The notes beneath the pieces were generated by a model. It was not told the DNA's origin. It did no database searches and worked only from the letters and a program-made list of their open reading frames with translations. A DNA stretch of 32,000 bases from Opitutia bacterium KCR 482 (GTDB lineage Bacteria > Verrucomicrobiota > Verrucomicrobiia > Opitutales > Intestinicryptomonadaceae). The translations under genes and the position numbers were made by a program. Of the stretch, positions 1 to 7,704 are shown one piece after another. Within the stretch, counting starts at the first letter, position 1. Each line of letters opens with the position of its first letter. The DNA lies in contig CP149973.1 of NCBI GenBank assembly GCA_029269845.2, positions 2,010,001 through 2,042,000 of the forward strand, written 5' to 3'.

Positions 1-117
1 TCACTTCCGAAGAACATCGATGGGCTTCCCGCCAACGATTCCGCATTGGAAGCCGATGTCCTGAAATCTTGGAAATCCGAAGAGCTCAAACGCCGCAAGG
101 CGCAAGGAATGGAGTAG
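1..117 (+). CDS. C-terminal end of a hypothetical protein whose start lies upstream of the window
   Basis: Frame 1 is open from base 1 to TAG at 115-117 (SLPKNIDGLPANDSALEADVLKSWKSEELKRRKAQGME*). No domain recognised. The next gene starts 3 nt later. Confidence 0.3.
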   Translation, partial: SLPKNIDGLPANDSALEADVLKSWKSEELKRRKAQGME

Positions 118-119
118 AA

Positions 120-587
120 ATGGAAGCAATATCATCATTATGGGACAGCGGAGTTCTGGGCGCGATTGCGACAATGGTTGTCACGATACTCGGGCAGCTT
201 TCCGCATTGAACAACCAAAAGTTTACGGCGGTTCTGGAAACTTTGCAAAAGCAACAGTCTTCGGACTCGGCGGTTCACGATTCGGCGTTTGCAAGAAGCG
301 GCGACAAGGGCGTTGTAGTTAGGCGAATTATGCTTTTTATGGCGTTCTTCGTGCTGGCGGTATGCCCGTTTATCTTCGCATTTTTCGGGGACATTCCGAT
401 AGCCGTCGAAACCGTCAAACAATCGGGAGGCTGGCTCTGGGGACTTTTTCCGGAAAAGGAAACGTTCGCCGTCGCCTACATAAACGGCTTCTACTTGGCT
501 GATGTCTGGAAGGAACTTATGGCAAATTTAATTTCCGCATACATAGGAGCGGGCATAACGAGAAAGGCGTTTACACTCGGCAAATGA
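120..587 (+). CDS. hypothetical integral membrane protein
   Basis: ATG at 120 is preceded by GGAG (111-114). The ORF-track TTG start at 69 would overlap the upstream ORF, so ATG 120 is preferred. Hydrophobic segments are GVLGAIATMVVTILG and IMLFMAFFVLAVCPFIFAFF. No family recognised. Confidence 0.5.
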   Translation: MEAISSLWDSGVLGAIATMVVTILGQLSALNNQKFTAVLETLQKQQSSDSAVHDSAFARSGDKGVVVRRIMLFMAFFVLAVCPFIFAFFGDIPIAVETVKQSGGWLWGLFPEKETFAVAYINGFYLADVWKELMANLISAYIGAGITRKAFTLGK

Positions 588-790
588 ACGAAGTCTTTGA
601 AAAGGAAATCGAGCACATCGTAAAACGCTTGGAAACACTCGAACACACAGTCTACGGCAACGGACATAAGGGACTGAAAGCGGAATTAATCGAACTAAAA
701 ACCGAAATCGAGACCTTCAAGAAAATCGCCGTCTGGCAAGTGGGTATCCTCCTCGCCATCCTCTGCGCCGTTCTGAAGATTCTGATTTAA
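584..790 (+). CDS. small coiled-coil protein with C-terminal transmembrane anchor
   Basis: ATGA start/stop overlap with the preceding gene (584-587). A charged helical N-terminus (EKEIEHIVKRLETLEH...ELKTEIETFKK) is followed by VWQVGILLAILCAVLKILI. Confidence 0.5.
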   Translation: MNEVFEKEIEHIVKRLETLEHTVYGNGHKGLKAELIELKTEIETFKKIAVWQVGILLAILCAVLKILI

Positions 791-811
791 ACAAAAGTCT
801 CATACGGAAAA

Positions 812-831
812 ATCTTTACTTTGTTAAAGAT
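812..831. promoter_or_regulatory. 7-bp inverted repeat (ATCTTTA-N6-TAAAGAT), candidate operator for the HTH-fused methyltransferase
   Basis: Perfect inverted repeat 812-818 / 825-831, 56 nt upstream of the methyltransferase ATG at 887. The function is inferred only. Confidence 0.25.
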
Positions 832-886
832 AATGTTTTGACTTTTTTAACAATATATGCAGTATGTGTCAAATAAAGGAGTTACT

Positions 887-2035
887 ATGCAAACATCATA
901 CGATAAGCTTTTTTGCCTGTTGGAGGGGAAAGATATAAATAAAACCTCTCTTCAAAAGATGACACGCATTAGTTCTCGTTCTATTGCAAAATTGGGGCAT
1001 AACGAGGATGTTTCAATGGGGGTTCTTCGAAAAATATGCGAAGTTTTGGAGTGCGATATTTCTGACATTGTTGAATTCAAGCCAGATGTTCCCGAAAAAG
1101 TTTTAAAATACCGCCATAAGAATACCGATATGTTTAAATTTATAGATTTATTCGCAGGTATAGGTGGGATAAGATTAGCATTTGAACAGAATGGAGCCAA
1201 TTGTGTTTTTTCATCGGAGTGGGATGAGAATGCAAAAAAAACATACGAAGCAAATTTTCATGAGAAACCTTTCGGTGATATAACAAAAATTGCGCCTGAT
1301 TCCATTCCTGATTTCGATATTTTGACAGGAGGATTTCCCTGTCAACCGTTTAGTATGATAGGGAAAAGAGAGGGCTTTAATCATAAAACGCAAGGTACCT
1401 TATTCTTCCACATAGCTGAAATTTTGAGGGTTAAATTTCCAACTTCATTTTTGTTGGAAAATGTGCCGGGACTTTTAACCCATGACAATGGGAGAACGTT
1501 TTCAATCATCATGGAAACATTGGATGATTTGGGGTATGATGTAAAGACTTCCGTTTTAAACAGTGCTGACTTTGGACTTCCTCAAGTGAGAAAACGTCTT
1601 TATTTTGTAGGATTTAAAAAATCATTAAAAACAAATTTTGTATTCCCAAAAGGGCGAGGGAAAATTGTAGGTATAGGACCTTTTATAGAAAAGGATGCCG
1701 AAGGTCCTTCCATATCCAAGAGATTACAAGAAAGTTATATTTTTAAAAAAGACGATGGGCATCCTGAAATCGTCGATGAAAACTCAAATTTTCCAGTAAA
1801 AACCCTCTGTGCTTCATACCACAAAATCCAACGTATAACAGGAACATTTGTTAGAGGCGGGAAAACAGGATTAAGACTGTTGACGGAAAAAGAGTGTAAG
1901 GCAATAATGGGGTTTCCTATGGATTTTAAAATCCCTGTTTCTCGGACGCAAATGTATCACCAATTCGGAAATTCGGTAGCAATCCCCGTTGTAGCCGAAA
2001 TTGCGAAAAAAATGATGTCGATCCTGACTCGTTAG
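887..2035 (+). CDS. DNA (cytosine-5)-methyltransferase with N-terminal XRE-type HTH domain (type II R-M methylase)
   Basis: C5-MTase motifs in order: I FIDLFAGIGG, IV GGFPCQPFS, VI LLENVPGL, VIII QVRKR, X QFGNSVAIPV. The N-terminal ~65 aa (LQKMTRISSRSIAKLGHNEDVSMGVLRKICEVLECDISDIVEF) is a Cro/C1-like HTH. Start chosen at ATG 887, 6 nt after AAGGAG, rather than the ORF-track start at 857. Confidence 0.93.
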   Translation: MQTSYDKLFCLLEGKDINKTSLQKMTRISSRSIAKLGHNEDVSMGVLRKICEVLECDISDIVEFKPDVPEKVLKYRHKNTDMFKFIDLFAGIGGIRLAFEQNGANCVFSSEWDENAKKTYEANFHEKPFGDITKIAPDSIPDFDILTGGFPCQPFSMIGKREGFNHKTQGTLFFHIAEILRVKFPTSFLLENVPGLLTHDNGRTFSIIMETLDDLGYDVKTSVLNSADFGLPQVRKRLYFVGFKKSLKTNFVFPKGRGKIVGIGPFIEKDAEGPSISKRLQESYIFKKDDGHPEIVDENSNFPVKTLCASYHKIQRITGTFVRGGKTGLRLLTEKECKAIMGFPMDFKIPVSRTQMYHQFGNSVAIPVVAEIAKKMMSILTR

Positions 2036-3258
2036 AGAACGGGAGCTTTTAACTGTATAGATTTCCCGCGTTGCTTCGACGCGTATGTCCAGTTAAAAGG
2101 CGTTCCGAATGTTCCTTTTTTGGTAGAGATTAAGTTACAATAATCTTCTACTTTATGCGCAGAGAAGCAATCTTTGGTCGTCTGGTATGATACAATATAT
2201 TTTGCGAATTGGGATTTATTATTGACTTCAGCCCCAAATCCTCCCACTACCCACATTGAAAGATTGCGCAACAATGGATTTAGTTCGTTTTTTAGGTCTT
2301 TTTCAGTTTCTGGCGGTAAATCTTTTACATTCCCAAAATACTGAAAATCGTTAAGCAGTTTTCGTAACTTTGCATTGTTTGGAGCCAAAACATCAGCAAA
2401 TGTATCTGCTGTGTATTGATGTATACTTACAGTGTCGCATTTTGAACGTTTACAGCTGATTGTAAGTTGAAGCGTTTTCCCATCCGAAAGAGTAATATCG
2501 GCTATAACGTCAGTTTTTGGCGAACCTCCTGAAGGCAAATATCCAATTTCTTTTTTGTCAGCAGTCGTTTCAATTTTTATGACATTGGCAGCATCTAAAT
2601 CAAAAGCATCTACCAACTTCTTAAAATGCATAAACTCCTTGTTTTTGGCGGGAAACTTTCCTTTTTTCCAAAATGCAAAAAACTGTCTGTCCTGCAATAT
2701 TTCGGCTATATATCTTTCAAAGCTCTTTCCTTTTTTATCCCAAATCTTACCAACTTTCGCATTTGGTGTGCTTGATGTAATATCTACCTCATCTTCAAGA
2801 GAAACTAATGCTTCTTCCTTGATTTCTTTTACCAATTCATCGAAATCGATAATTCTATCAATGGCACTAATTTCCTTGCCTGTTGTATACTTATCATCTT
2901 GTCTTTTGAAATTTTCTACATCGTCGCTCTCGGGAGAATAGGCAAGTATAGCTTTTGTGACGGTCGTATCCAAAGATTTCAGATTGTAGGCATCCCACTG
3001 TTGTCCTTTTATTCGATCTGTCCGCATCGATGTGGTTGAAAATATCACCCATCTGGACCTATCCATAAATTGAATCATGAATGGAGCGTAGAATTGAGCG
3101 GTATTTGATGCCGTAGGATGTCCTATCCTGAATTTCTGTTGAAAGTCGGAAATGTATCCTTGCCCTAAAAGCGAAGAAAGTATCCCTGTTAAGCTTTCTT
3201 GGTTTTCGTATCCATGTATGCTTTTTTCCTTGTTGGATAATATGTTTGCTTTAGACAT
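2032..3258 (-). CDS. putative type II restriction endonuclease (partner of the C5 methyltransferase)
   Basis: Convergent with the methylase; the stop codons overlap (TTAG, 2032-2035). It sits in the same low-GC block. A possible PD-(D/E)XK-variant D...SxK is present (PKTDVIADITLSDGKTLQLTISCKRSK). No named family recognised. Confidence 0.55.
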   Translation of the reverse strand: MSKANILSNKEKSIHGYENQESLTGILSSLLGQGYISDFQQKFRIGHPTASNTAQFYAPFMIQFMDRSRWVIFSTTSMRTDRIKGQQWDAYNLKSLDTTVTKAILAYSPESDDVENFKRQDDKYTTGKEISAIDRIIDFDELVKEIKEEALVSLEDEVDITSSTPNAKVGKIWDKKGKSFERYIAEILQDRQFFAFWKKGKFPAKNKEFMHFKKLVDAFDLDAANVIKIETTADKKEIGYLPSGGSPKTDVIADITLSDGKTLQLTISCKRSKCDTVSIHQYTADTFADVLAPNNAKLRKLLNDFQYFGNVKDLPPETEKDLKNELNPLLRNLSMWVVGGFGAEVNNKSQFAKYIVSYQTTKDCFSAHKVEDYCNLISTKKGTFGTPFNWTYASKQRGKSIQLKAPVL

Positions 3259-3475
3259 CTTGCCCTCTATCGGTTGGTTGAAATTTTTTATTCATTCTTC
3301 TATGATTTTGTAAAAATGCAAGGTTCAAAACTTAATTTACAAAGAAAAATTAAATCTCACGCTTTTTTGGGCTTGTGTACTGAATATAAGACAGTGCTAT
3401 GATATTTTTAAGTTGCACTATTTTATCCTTTTGAATTATATGGAAGGAGAAAAATTCATAACAACCTTACAAAAC

Positions 3476-5002
3476 ATGAAGATAAAAACCATAAAAATAA
3501 AGAATTTTAGAGGATATCGAAATTCTACTTCCATAAACGTTAAAGAACTAACAGCTTTCGTCGGCAAAAACGATTCAGGCAAATCTACTGTGTTAGAAGC
3601 CTTAGATATATTCTTTAACGACGGAAAGGGTATTATCAAAATCGAATCGGATGATTTAAATATAGGGGCAAGAGATGACGGAGAAAGTAATATCGAAATT
3701 TCAATTGTTTTTACGGACTTGCCAGACTCGATTATTATAGATTCGACAAATAAAACAACATTAAGAGACGAATATTTACTTAATGACGAAGGCGATTTAG
3801 AAATCGTAAAAATTTACCCCAATGGGGGAAAAGCAAAAGTCTATATAAGAGCAATGCATCCTCAAAATTTAGAATGTAATGATTTGCATGCAAAAACAAA
3901 TAAAGACCTTAAGAATATATTAGAAAAACACGAAATAGAGTGCGCTGACAAAACGAAAAATGCAACTATTAGAAAGGCTATATGGGATCATTTCTCCAAC
4001 GACCTAAATATAGCCGATTCAATGATTGATGTATCAAAAGGAGATGTAAAATCAATTTGGGAACAAATTAATAAATACATGCCCTTCTATTCGTTGTTTC
4101 AATCAGACAGAAAAAACAGCGACGGAGATAGTGAAGTCCAAGATCCGTTAAAAGAAGCGGTAAAACAAATACTAAATACACCTAACTTAAAGCAACAATT
4201 AGATTCCATTGCTTCTGAAGTATATGAAAAACTGAAAGATGTTTCGACTCGAACACTTGAAAAGATTAAAGAAATGAATCCTAACATAGCAAACAGCTTA
4301 TCCCCAAGGATTCCTTCTGTTGAAATGTTAAAGTGGCCCGAAGTCTTTAAAGGGGTCTCAATTACAAGTGATAACGATATTCCTATAAATAAAAGGGGTA
4401 GCGGAGTAAAAAGATTAATTCTATTGAATTTTTTTAGAGCTGAGGCAGAAAGAAGACGAGAAGAATCCGACAAAGCCAACATTGTGTATGCAATAGAAGA
4501 ACCAGAGACGTCACAACATACGAATCATCAGAAGATTTTGATAAAAGCCCTATTGGAATTAAGCCAAATGCCTAACACCCAGATTTTAATAACTACACAT
4601 AGCTCAAATATTGTAAAAGAATTGGACTTTGAAAATATAAGATTAATAAAAGACGATGGAAATCAACGCAGCATAACTGGCGTAGAATTAGGTCAATTAC
4701 CGTATGTTTCATTAAATGAAATTGCCTTTTCCGCATTTGAAGAAGTTTCGCCAGAATATCATGACGAGCTCTATTCCCACTTAGATGAAATGAACTTGCT
4801 TAAAGAATATGAAGATACTCAAGAAAAAATAGAATACATAAGAGGTGAAAATAAAAAATGGAATGTCTCTAAATCGGAATATATAAGGCACCAGATACAT
4901 CATCCTGAAAACAAAGAGAATAAAAGATACACAGAATCTGAATTGAAAGATTCAATTATAGCGATGAGAAAATTCATAATGGAGAAAAAGCGGCAACCAT
5001 AG
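3476..5002 (+). CDS. ABC/OLD-type (AAA_15/AAA_21-like) ATPase with a C-terminal ~100-aa tail carrying an Rx4H motif
   Basis: MKIKTIKIKNFRGY N-terminus, Walker A GKNDSGKST, Walker B/D-loop IVYAIEEPETSQH, H-loop ILITTHSS. The C-terminal tail contains YIRHQIHHPEN (RHQIHH at 4886-4903). The start at 3476 is uncertain; ATG 3440 and the track start 3413 are also possible. Confidence 0.8.
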   Translation: MKIKTIKIKNFRGYRNSTSINVKELTAFVGKNDSGKSTVLEALDIFFNDGKGIIKIESDDLNIGARDDGESNIEISIVFTDLPDSIIIDSTNKTTLRDEYLLNDEGDLEIVKIYPNGGKAKVYIRAMHPQNLECNDLHAKTNKDLKNILEKHEIECADKTKNATIRKAIWDHFSNDLNIADSMIDVSKGDVKSIWEQINKYMPFYSLFQSDRKNSDGDSEVQDPLKEAVKQILNTPNLKQQLDSIASEVYEKLKDVSTRTLEKIKEMNPNIANSLSPRIPSVEMLKWPEVFKGVSITSDNDIPINKRGSGVKRLILLNFFRAEAERRREESDKANIVYAIEEPETSQHTNHQKILIKALLELSQMPNTQILITTHSSNIVKELDFENIRLIKDDGNQRSITGVELGQLPYVSLNEIAFSAFEEVSPEYHDELYSHLDEMNLLKEYEDTQEKIEYIRGENKKWNVSKSEYIRHQIHHPENKENKRYTESELKDSIIAMRKFIMEKKRQP

Positions 5003-5067
5003 ATAAATGGCATAACGGGCTATATAAGTTGCCTTTCTATATTTTCTAACATTACGTTACACTTTTA

Positions 5068-5094
5068 TTATCTCCGCGTGTTTTGCGGAGATAA
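5068..5094 (+). terminator. 10-bp perfect stem-loop (TTATCTCCGC-N7-GCGGAGATAA) between the ATPase and Fic genes
   Basis: Perfect inverted repeat 5068-5077 / 5085-5094, followed by TGCTTGTTTTT. It could terminate the ATPase transcript or be a regulatory hairpin for fic. Confidence 0.4.
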
Positions 5095-5151
5095 TGCTTG
5101 TTTTTCTCCGCAAAGTGTGTTTTGATGGCGTCGACAAAGGAAGTGTTGGGT

Positions 5152-6261
5152 ATGTATATTTACGAGTGCAAAGGTTGGCCTAAGTTTATTTGGAATGCGG
5201 CGGATATTCAGTCTGCGCTTTCGCGGGCTGTATTTGCGCAGGGCAAGTTGCTTGGCAAAATGGGCGCGCTTGGTTTCGACGTGAAAAACGAACAGGTATT
5301 AAGCAGCGTTTCCGACGAAATCATAAAATCTTCCGAAATCGAGGGCGCGAGTCTCAATCTCGAACAGGTTCGCTCATCGGTTGCGCGCAGGCTCAACATA
5401 AGCTACAAATCTTCTACCGAACCAAGCCGCTACGTAGATGGAGTAGTGCGCATGATGATGGACGCCATCGACAACTACGACCGACCACTTACGCAGGAAC
5501 GGCTTTTTTCGTGGCACGCGGCGTTGTTTCCGACCGGTTGGAGCGGTATGTCCGAAATAGAAGTCGGCAAATTCCGCTCGGATAAATTCGGGCGAATGCA
5601 GGTTGTTTCGGAGCGCGGCAGCCGCAAGGCAATTCACTACGAAGCTCCGAAAGCGGAAGTAATTCCCGACGAAGTCGCAAAATTTCTGCGCTGGACATAT
5701 TCGGTAAAGCCCGACTTAACCGCGGCGGCAATCGCGCACCTGTGGTTTGTAAGCTTGCACCCGTTTGAAGACGGCAACGGGCGCATAACACGCGCAATTA
5801 CGGAGTATATGCTTGCAAGGTGCGAAAAGTCGCAGCTGCGCTTTTACAGTATGTCGAAGCAAATAGAGCTAAACAGGCGAAATTACTACGACATAATTGA
5901 GCACACGCAAAAAGCCAGTCTCGATATAACGGGCTGGCTAATTTGGTTTTTCGATACAATTTTCGATGCAATTTCCGATGCCGACAAGATGAGCGAAAGG
6001 CTTGTGTTTAAAGCCCGATTCTGGCAGAATCTTGTAGATGTCGATATAAGCGCAGGACAACGAAAGCTCATAAATAGATTACTCGACGGCTTTGACGGTA
6101 AAATGACTTCATCGCGCTGGGCGAATATCCGCGACTGCTCGCAAGACACCGCCTCGCGCGAAATCAACGACCTCATCGCAAAAGGCGTCCTTTTGAAAGA
6201 GGGCGTAGGGCGTTCGACGCACTACGTTATAAATCGAAACAAAATATATCCCAATGAATAG
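5152..6261 (+). CDS. Fic family protein (AMPylase-type Fic domain with DUF4172-like N-terminus and C-terminal winged-helix)
   Basis: Canonical Fic motif HPFEDGNGRITR. The N-terminus MYIYECKGWPKFIW is typical of DUF4172-Fic proteins. Start at ATG 5152 follows AAGGAAG. GC is higher than in the neighbouring R-M block. Confidence 0.9.
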   Translation: MYIYECKGWPKFIWNAADIQSALSRAVFAQGKLLGKMGALGFDVKNEQVLSSVSDEIIKSSEIEGASLNLEQVRSSVARRLNISYKSSTEPSRYVDGVVRMMMDAIDNYDRPLTQERLFSWHAALFPTGWSGMSEIEVGKFRSDKFGRMQVVSERGSRKAIHYEAPKAEVIPDEVAKFLRWTYSVKPDLTAAAIAHLWFVSLHPFEDGNGRITRAITEYMLARCEKSQLRFYSMSKQIELNRRNYYDIIEHTQKASLDITGWLIWFFDTIFDAISDADKMSERLVFKARFWQNLVDVDISAGQRKLINRLLDGFDGKMTSSRWANIRDCSQDTASREINDLIAKGVLLKEGVGRSTHYVINRNKIYPNE

Positions 6262-6391
6262 TCTCTCATAGCTACGCAAAACCTCAATTCTCCGCAAAAC
6301 CTGCGGTGCAAACGATAAAAAATTAGCAACTACACGACGCCATCGAAAATATATTCTGATAATCAATATACTTACGCAACTACGGCGGCAC

Positions 6392-6407
6392 CTCGTCCAT
6401 CCCGCCA
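6392..6407 (+). other. 16-nt copy of the tRNA-Asp 3' end (CTCGTCCATCCCGCCA), att-core-like
   Basis: Matches the last 16 nt of the tRNA fragment at 24474-24489 with one mismatch (A/G). The upstream sequence is not tRNA-like. Confidence 0.6.
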
Positions 6408-6415
6408 CTTTAAAA

Positions 6416-6446
6416 GCCGCAAGTTCAAAGACTTGCTGCTTTTTTT
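6416..6446 (+). terminator. Rho-independent terminator-like hairpin (copy of the tRNA-Asp terminator)
   Basis: GCCGCAAGT-TCAAAG-ACTTGCTGC followed by T7. It has one mismatch in the stem and is homologous to 24498-24527. Confidence 0.6.
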
Positions 6447-6589
6447 GTTTCTAAATTTCGCGCCAAACCCAGTATCCACGCGGCTTGCGGGGATACGATG
6501 CCGCGCAAAGCCAGTATTTAAGCCACTTGCGGCGGAACGCCCGCCCACCCGAAAACCACCAAAATTGGCGTTTTGTTGGTAGTTTTGGG

Positions 6590-7169
6590 TCAACACCAAA
6601 GAGAGTGGATTTCAATGAAAGACGCCGCATAGAACCAAGACCCTCAATCTGTAATTTTGGAAGTTTTTATAACCGTAAGCCATTCGTTGTATTAGTTTCA
6701 TTTTCCTGTGGAAGCCTTCCGTTATCCCGTTGTTTTTTGTAAATCTCCACATTCGGATTATCGGCGCAAACCAGTCGCTTATGGTTTCTGCGAGCCTCTC
6801 AAACTCTTGCGTCGCTTCGTATTTCATCTGTTTCATCATTGTTTTCAGTTCTCTTATATTTCTCTTACATTCCTTTGCCGTTTGATGTTTCCTGTTCAGT
6901 AGTTCGCATATCCGCCCGTCTATCGACGCTACTTTCGCCTTCCTGTAATAATGGTCGTAAAATACAACCTTCTTATGCCCGCAACCGCGACAAGACGGTA
7001 TACCGTCTTGTTTGTATTCCAACCTCGCAAAAAAGTCTCGACCTTTTCGCCAACTTCGTATTACTCTATAAAAACTAAACAACATCAGAGGCATTGTAGG
7101 ACTTCCGTCCTCTTTGCCTCCCTTTTTTTCTACTTCTTCTACCCTCATCCCACTACCTTTGACGTTGAG
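6590..7169 (-). mobile_element. internally deleted ISL3-family IS remnant (5' zinc-finger part joined to 3' end of the transposase gene)
   Basis: The C-terminal part, ...WRFTKNNGITEGFHRKMKLIQRMAYGYKNFQNYRLRVLVLCGVFH, is the ISL3 transposase signature. The N-terminal part is LEYKQDGIPSCRGCGHKKVVFYDHYYRKAKVASIDGR (zf-ISL3-like). The middle DDE region is missing, with the junction near 6909. Candidate imperfect terminal IRs are TCAACACCAAAGAGAGTGG (6590-6608, +) versus TCAACGTCAAAGGTAGTGG (7168-7150, -). Boundaries are low confidence. Confidence 0.65.
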
Positions 7170-7553
7170 AGGGTCGTATTCTTTGAGCGTTTTATCGCGG
7201 AGATTTATGCGCTGACTGTGCGCCATAAAGTTGCGCGCGCAGTCTTGCACCAATACAACCTTGTTGTATGAATTTAACTCGACGCGCCTGATGGCGTCGT
7301 TGATGACAATCTCGGTGGACAGCCCGCGCTTGTGGCATTCCGTGTTGAGTTTTAAGACGGCCAAACGAACGCCGCTTGGAATTGTCATATCCTCTGGGAG
7401 CGAATACTCGCTCCTAAGCGAAAACATAAAAGATTTTGCTTCGCTTTGGGTCGTAAACGACCTTGATTTTATTTTGCCCGCGTCGGGATAAAACACCAAA
7501 TAAGGCGATTTGCGCCCGTCGCGGTACTCCAGTCTGAGTGAATTTTTCTTCAT
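7170..7553 (-). pseudogene. N-terminal stump (~125 aa) of a possible tyrosine recombinase/integrase, truncated by the IS remnant
   Basis: MKKNSLRLEYRDGRKSPYLVFYPDAGKIKSRSFTTQSEAKSF...VLVQDCARNFMAHSQRINLRDKTLKEY resembles integrase arm-binding plus SAM-like N-domains. No catalytic domain follows. It is read in frame into IS sequence, which gives the 313-aa chimeric ORF 6612..7553. Confidence 0.35.
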
Positions 7554-7649
7554 ACAAGGGCATGTGTTCTGCGGATAAAATTTCCGTCAAAACACAGAAT
7601 CCCTTGATACGTGCGTAGCACGTCCCGCGCCCATTCGGGCGCACCCTAT

Positions 7650-7682
7650 AAAAACAAAAAGCGGCAAAGTCCCCTTTGCCGC
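7650..7682 (-). terminator. Rho-independent terminator downstream of the twin AAA+ gene
   Basis: Minus strand reads GCGGCAAAG-GGGA-CTTTGCCGC followed by TTTTTGTTTTT, 23 nt after the stop at 7705. Confidence 0.7.
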
Positions 7683-7704
7683 CGATGTTTGTTGTAAAAT
7701 GCCG

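Larger units (their letters stand above)
6392..6908. repeat. copy 1 of a ~510-bp direct repeat (tRNA 3' end + terminator + ~170-bp spacer + 3' third of an ISL3 transposase gene)
   Basis: Aligns by eye with 24474-24979, with roughly 15 substitutions, one 10-nt indel (GCGCAAAGCC, extra in copy 1) and a 1-nt T-run difference. Confidence 0.85.

Noticed and set aside
1-790. Phage lysis cassette (holin/spanin-like small membrane proteins)
   Set aside because: Only membrane topology supports the idea. There is no endolysin or other phage gene in view, and no recognisable holin family.
837-865. Sigma70-type promoter for the methyltransferase (TTGACT at 837-842)
   Set aside because: No acceptable -10 hexamer lies at 16-18 nt spacing, so I do not claim a promoter here.
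2555-2941. 128-aa plus-strand ORF inside the endonuclease gene (also 3436..3639, 4099..4482, 8630..9229 and similar ORFs in AT-rich genes)
   Set aside because: They lie antisense to long ORFs with coherent protein features. They are Ser/Phe/Leu/Ile-rich, as expected from antisense AT-rich coding DNA.
5190-6408. Nested or antisense ORFs inside the Fic gene (5190..5585, 5374..5637, 5489..5797, 5886..6176, 6109..6408)
   Set aside because: They are Arg/Ala-rich alternative-frame products of a moderately GC-rich gene. The Fic frame carries the canonical motif over the full length.
6372-6599. 75-aa ORF (and its counterpart 24314..24670, 118 aa) on the minus strand
   Set aside because: Both run through the terminator hairpin and antisense through the tRNA fragment (RTRLELATSCVTDR is a typical antisense-tRNA translation). 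They lie in duplicated non-coding flank and have no RBS or domain.
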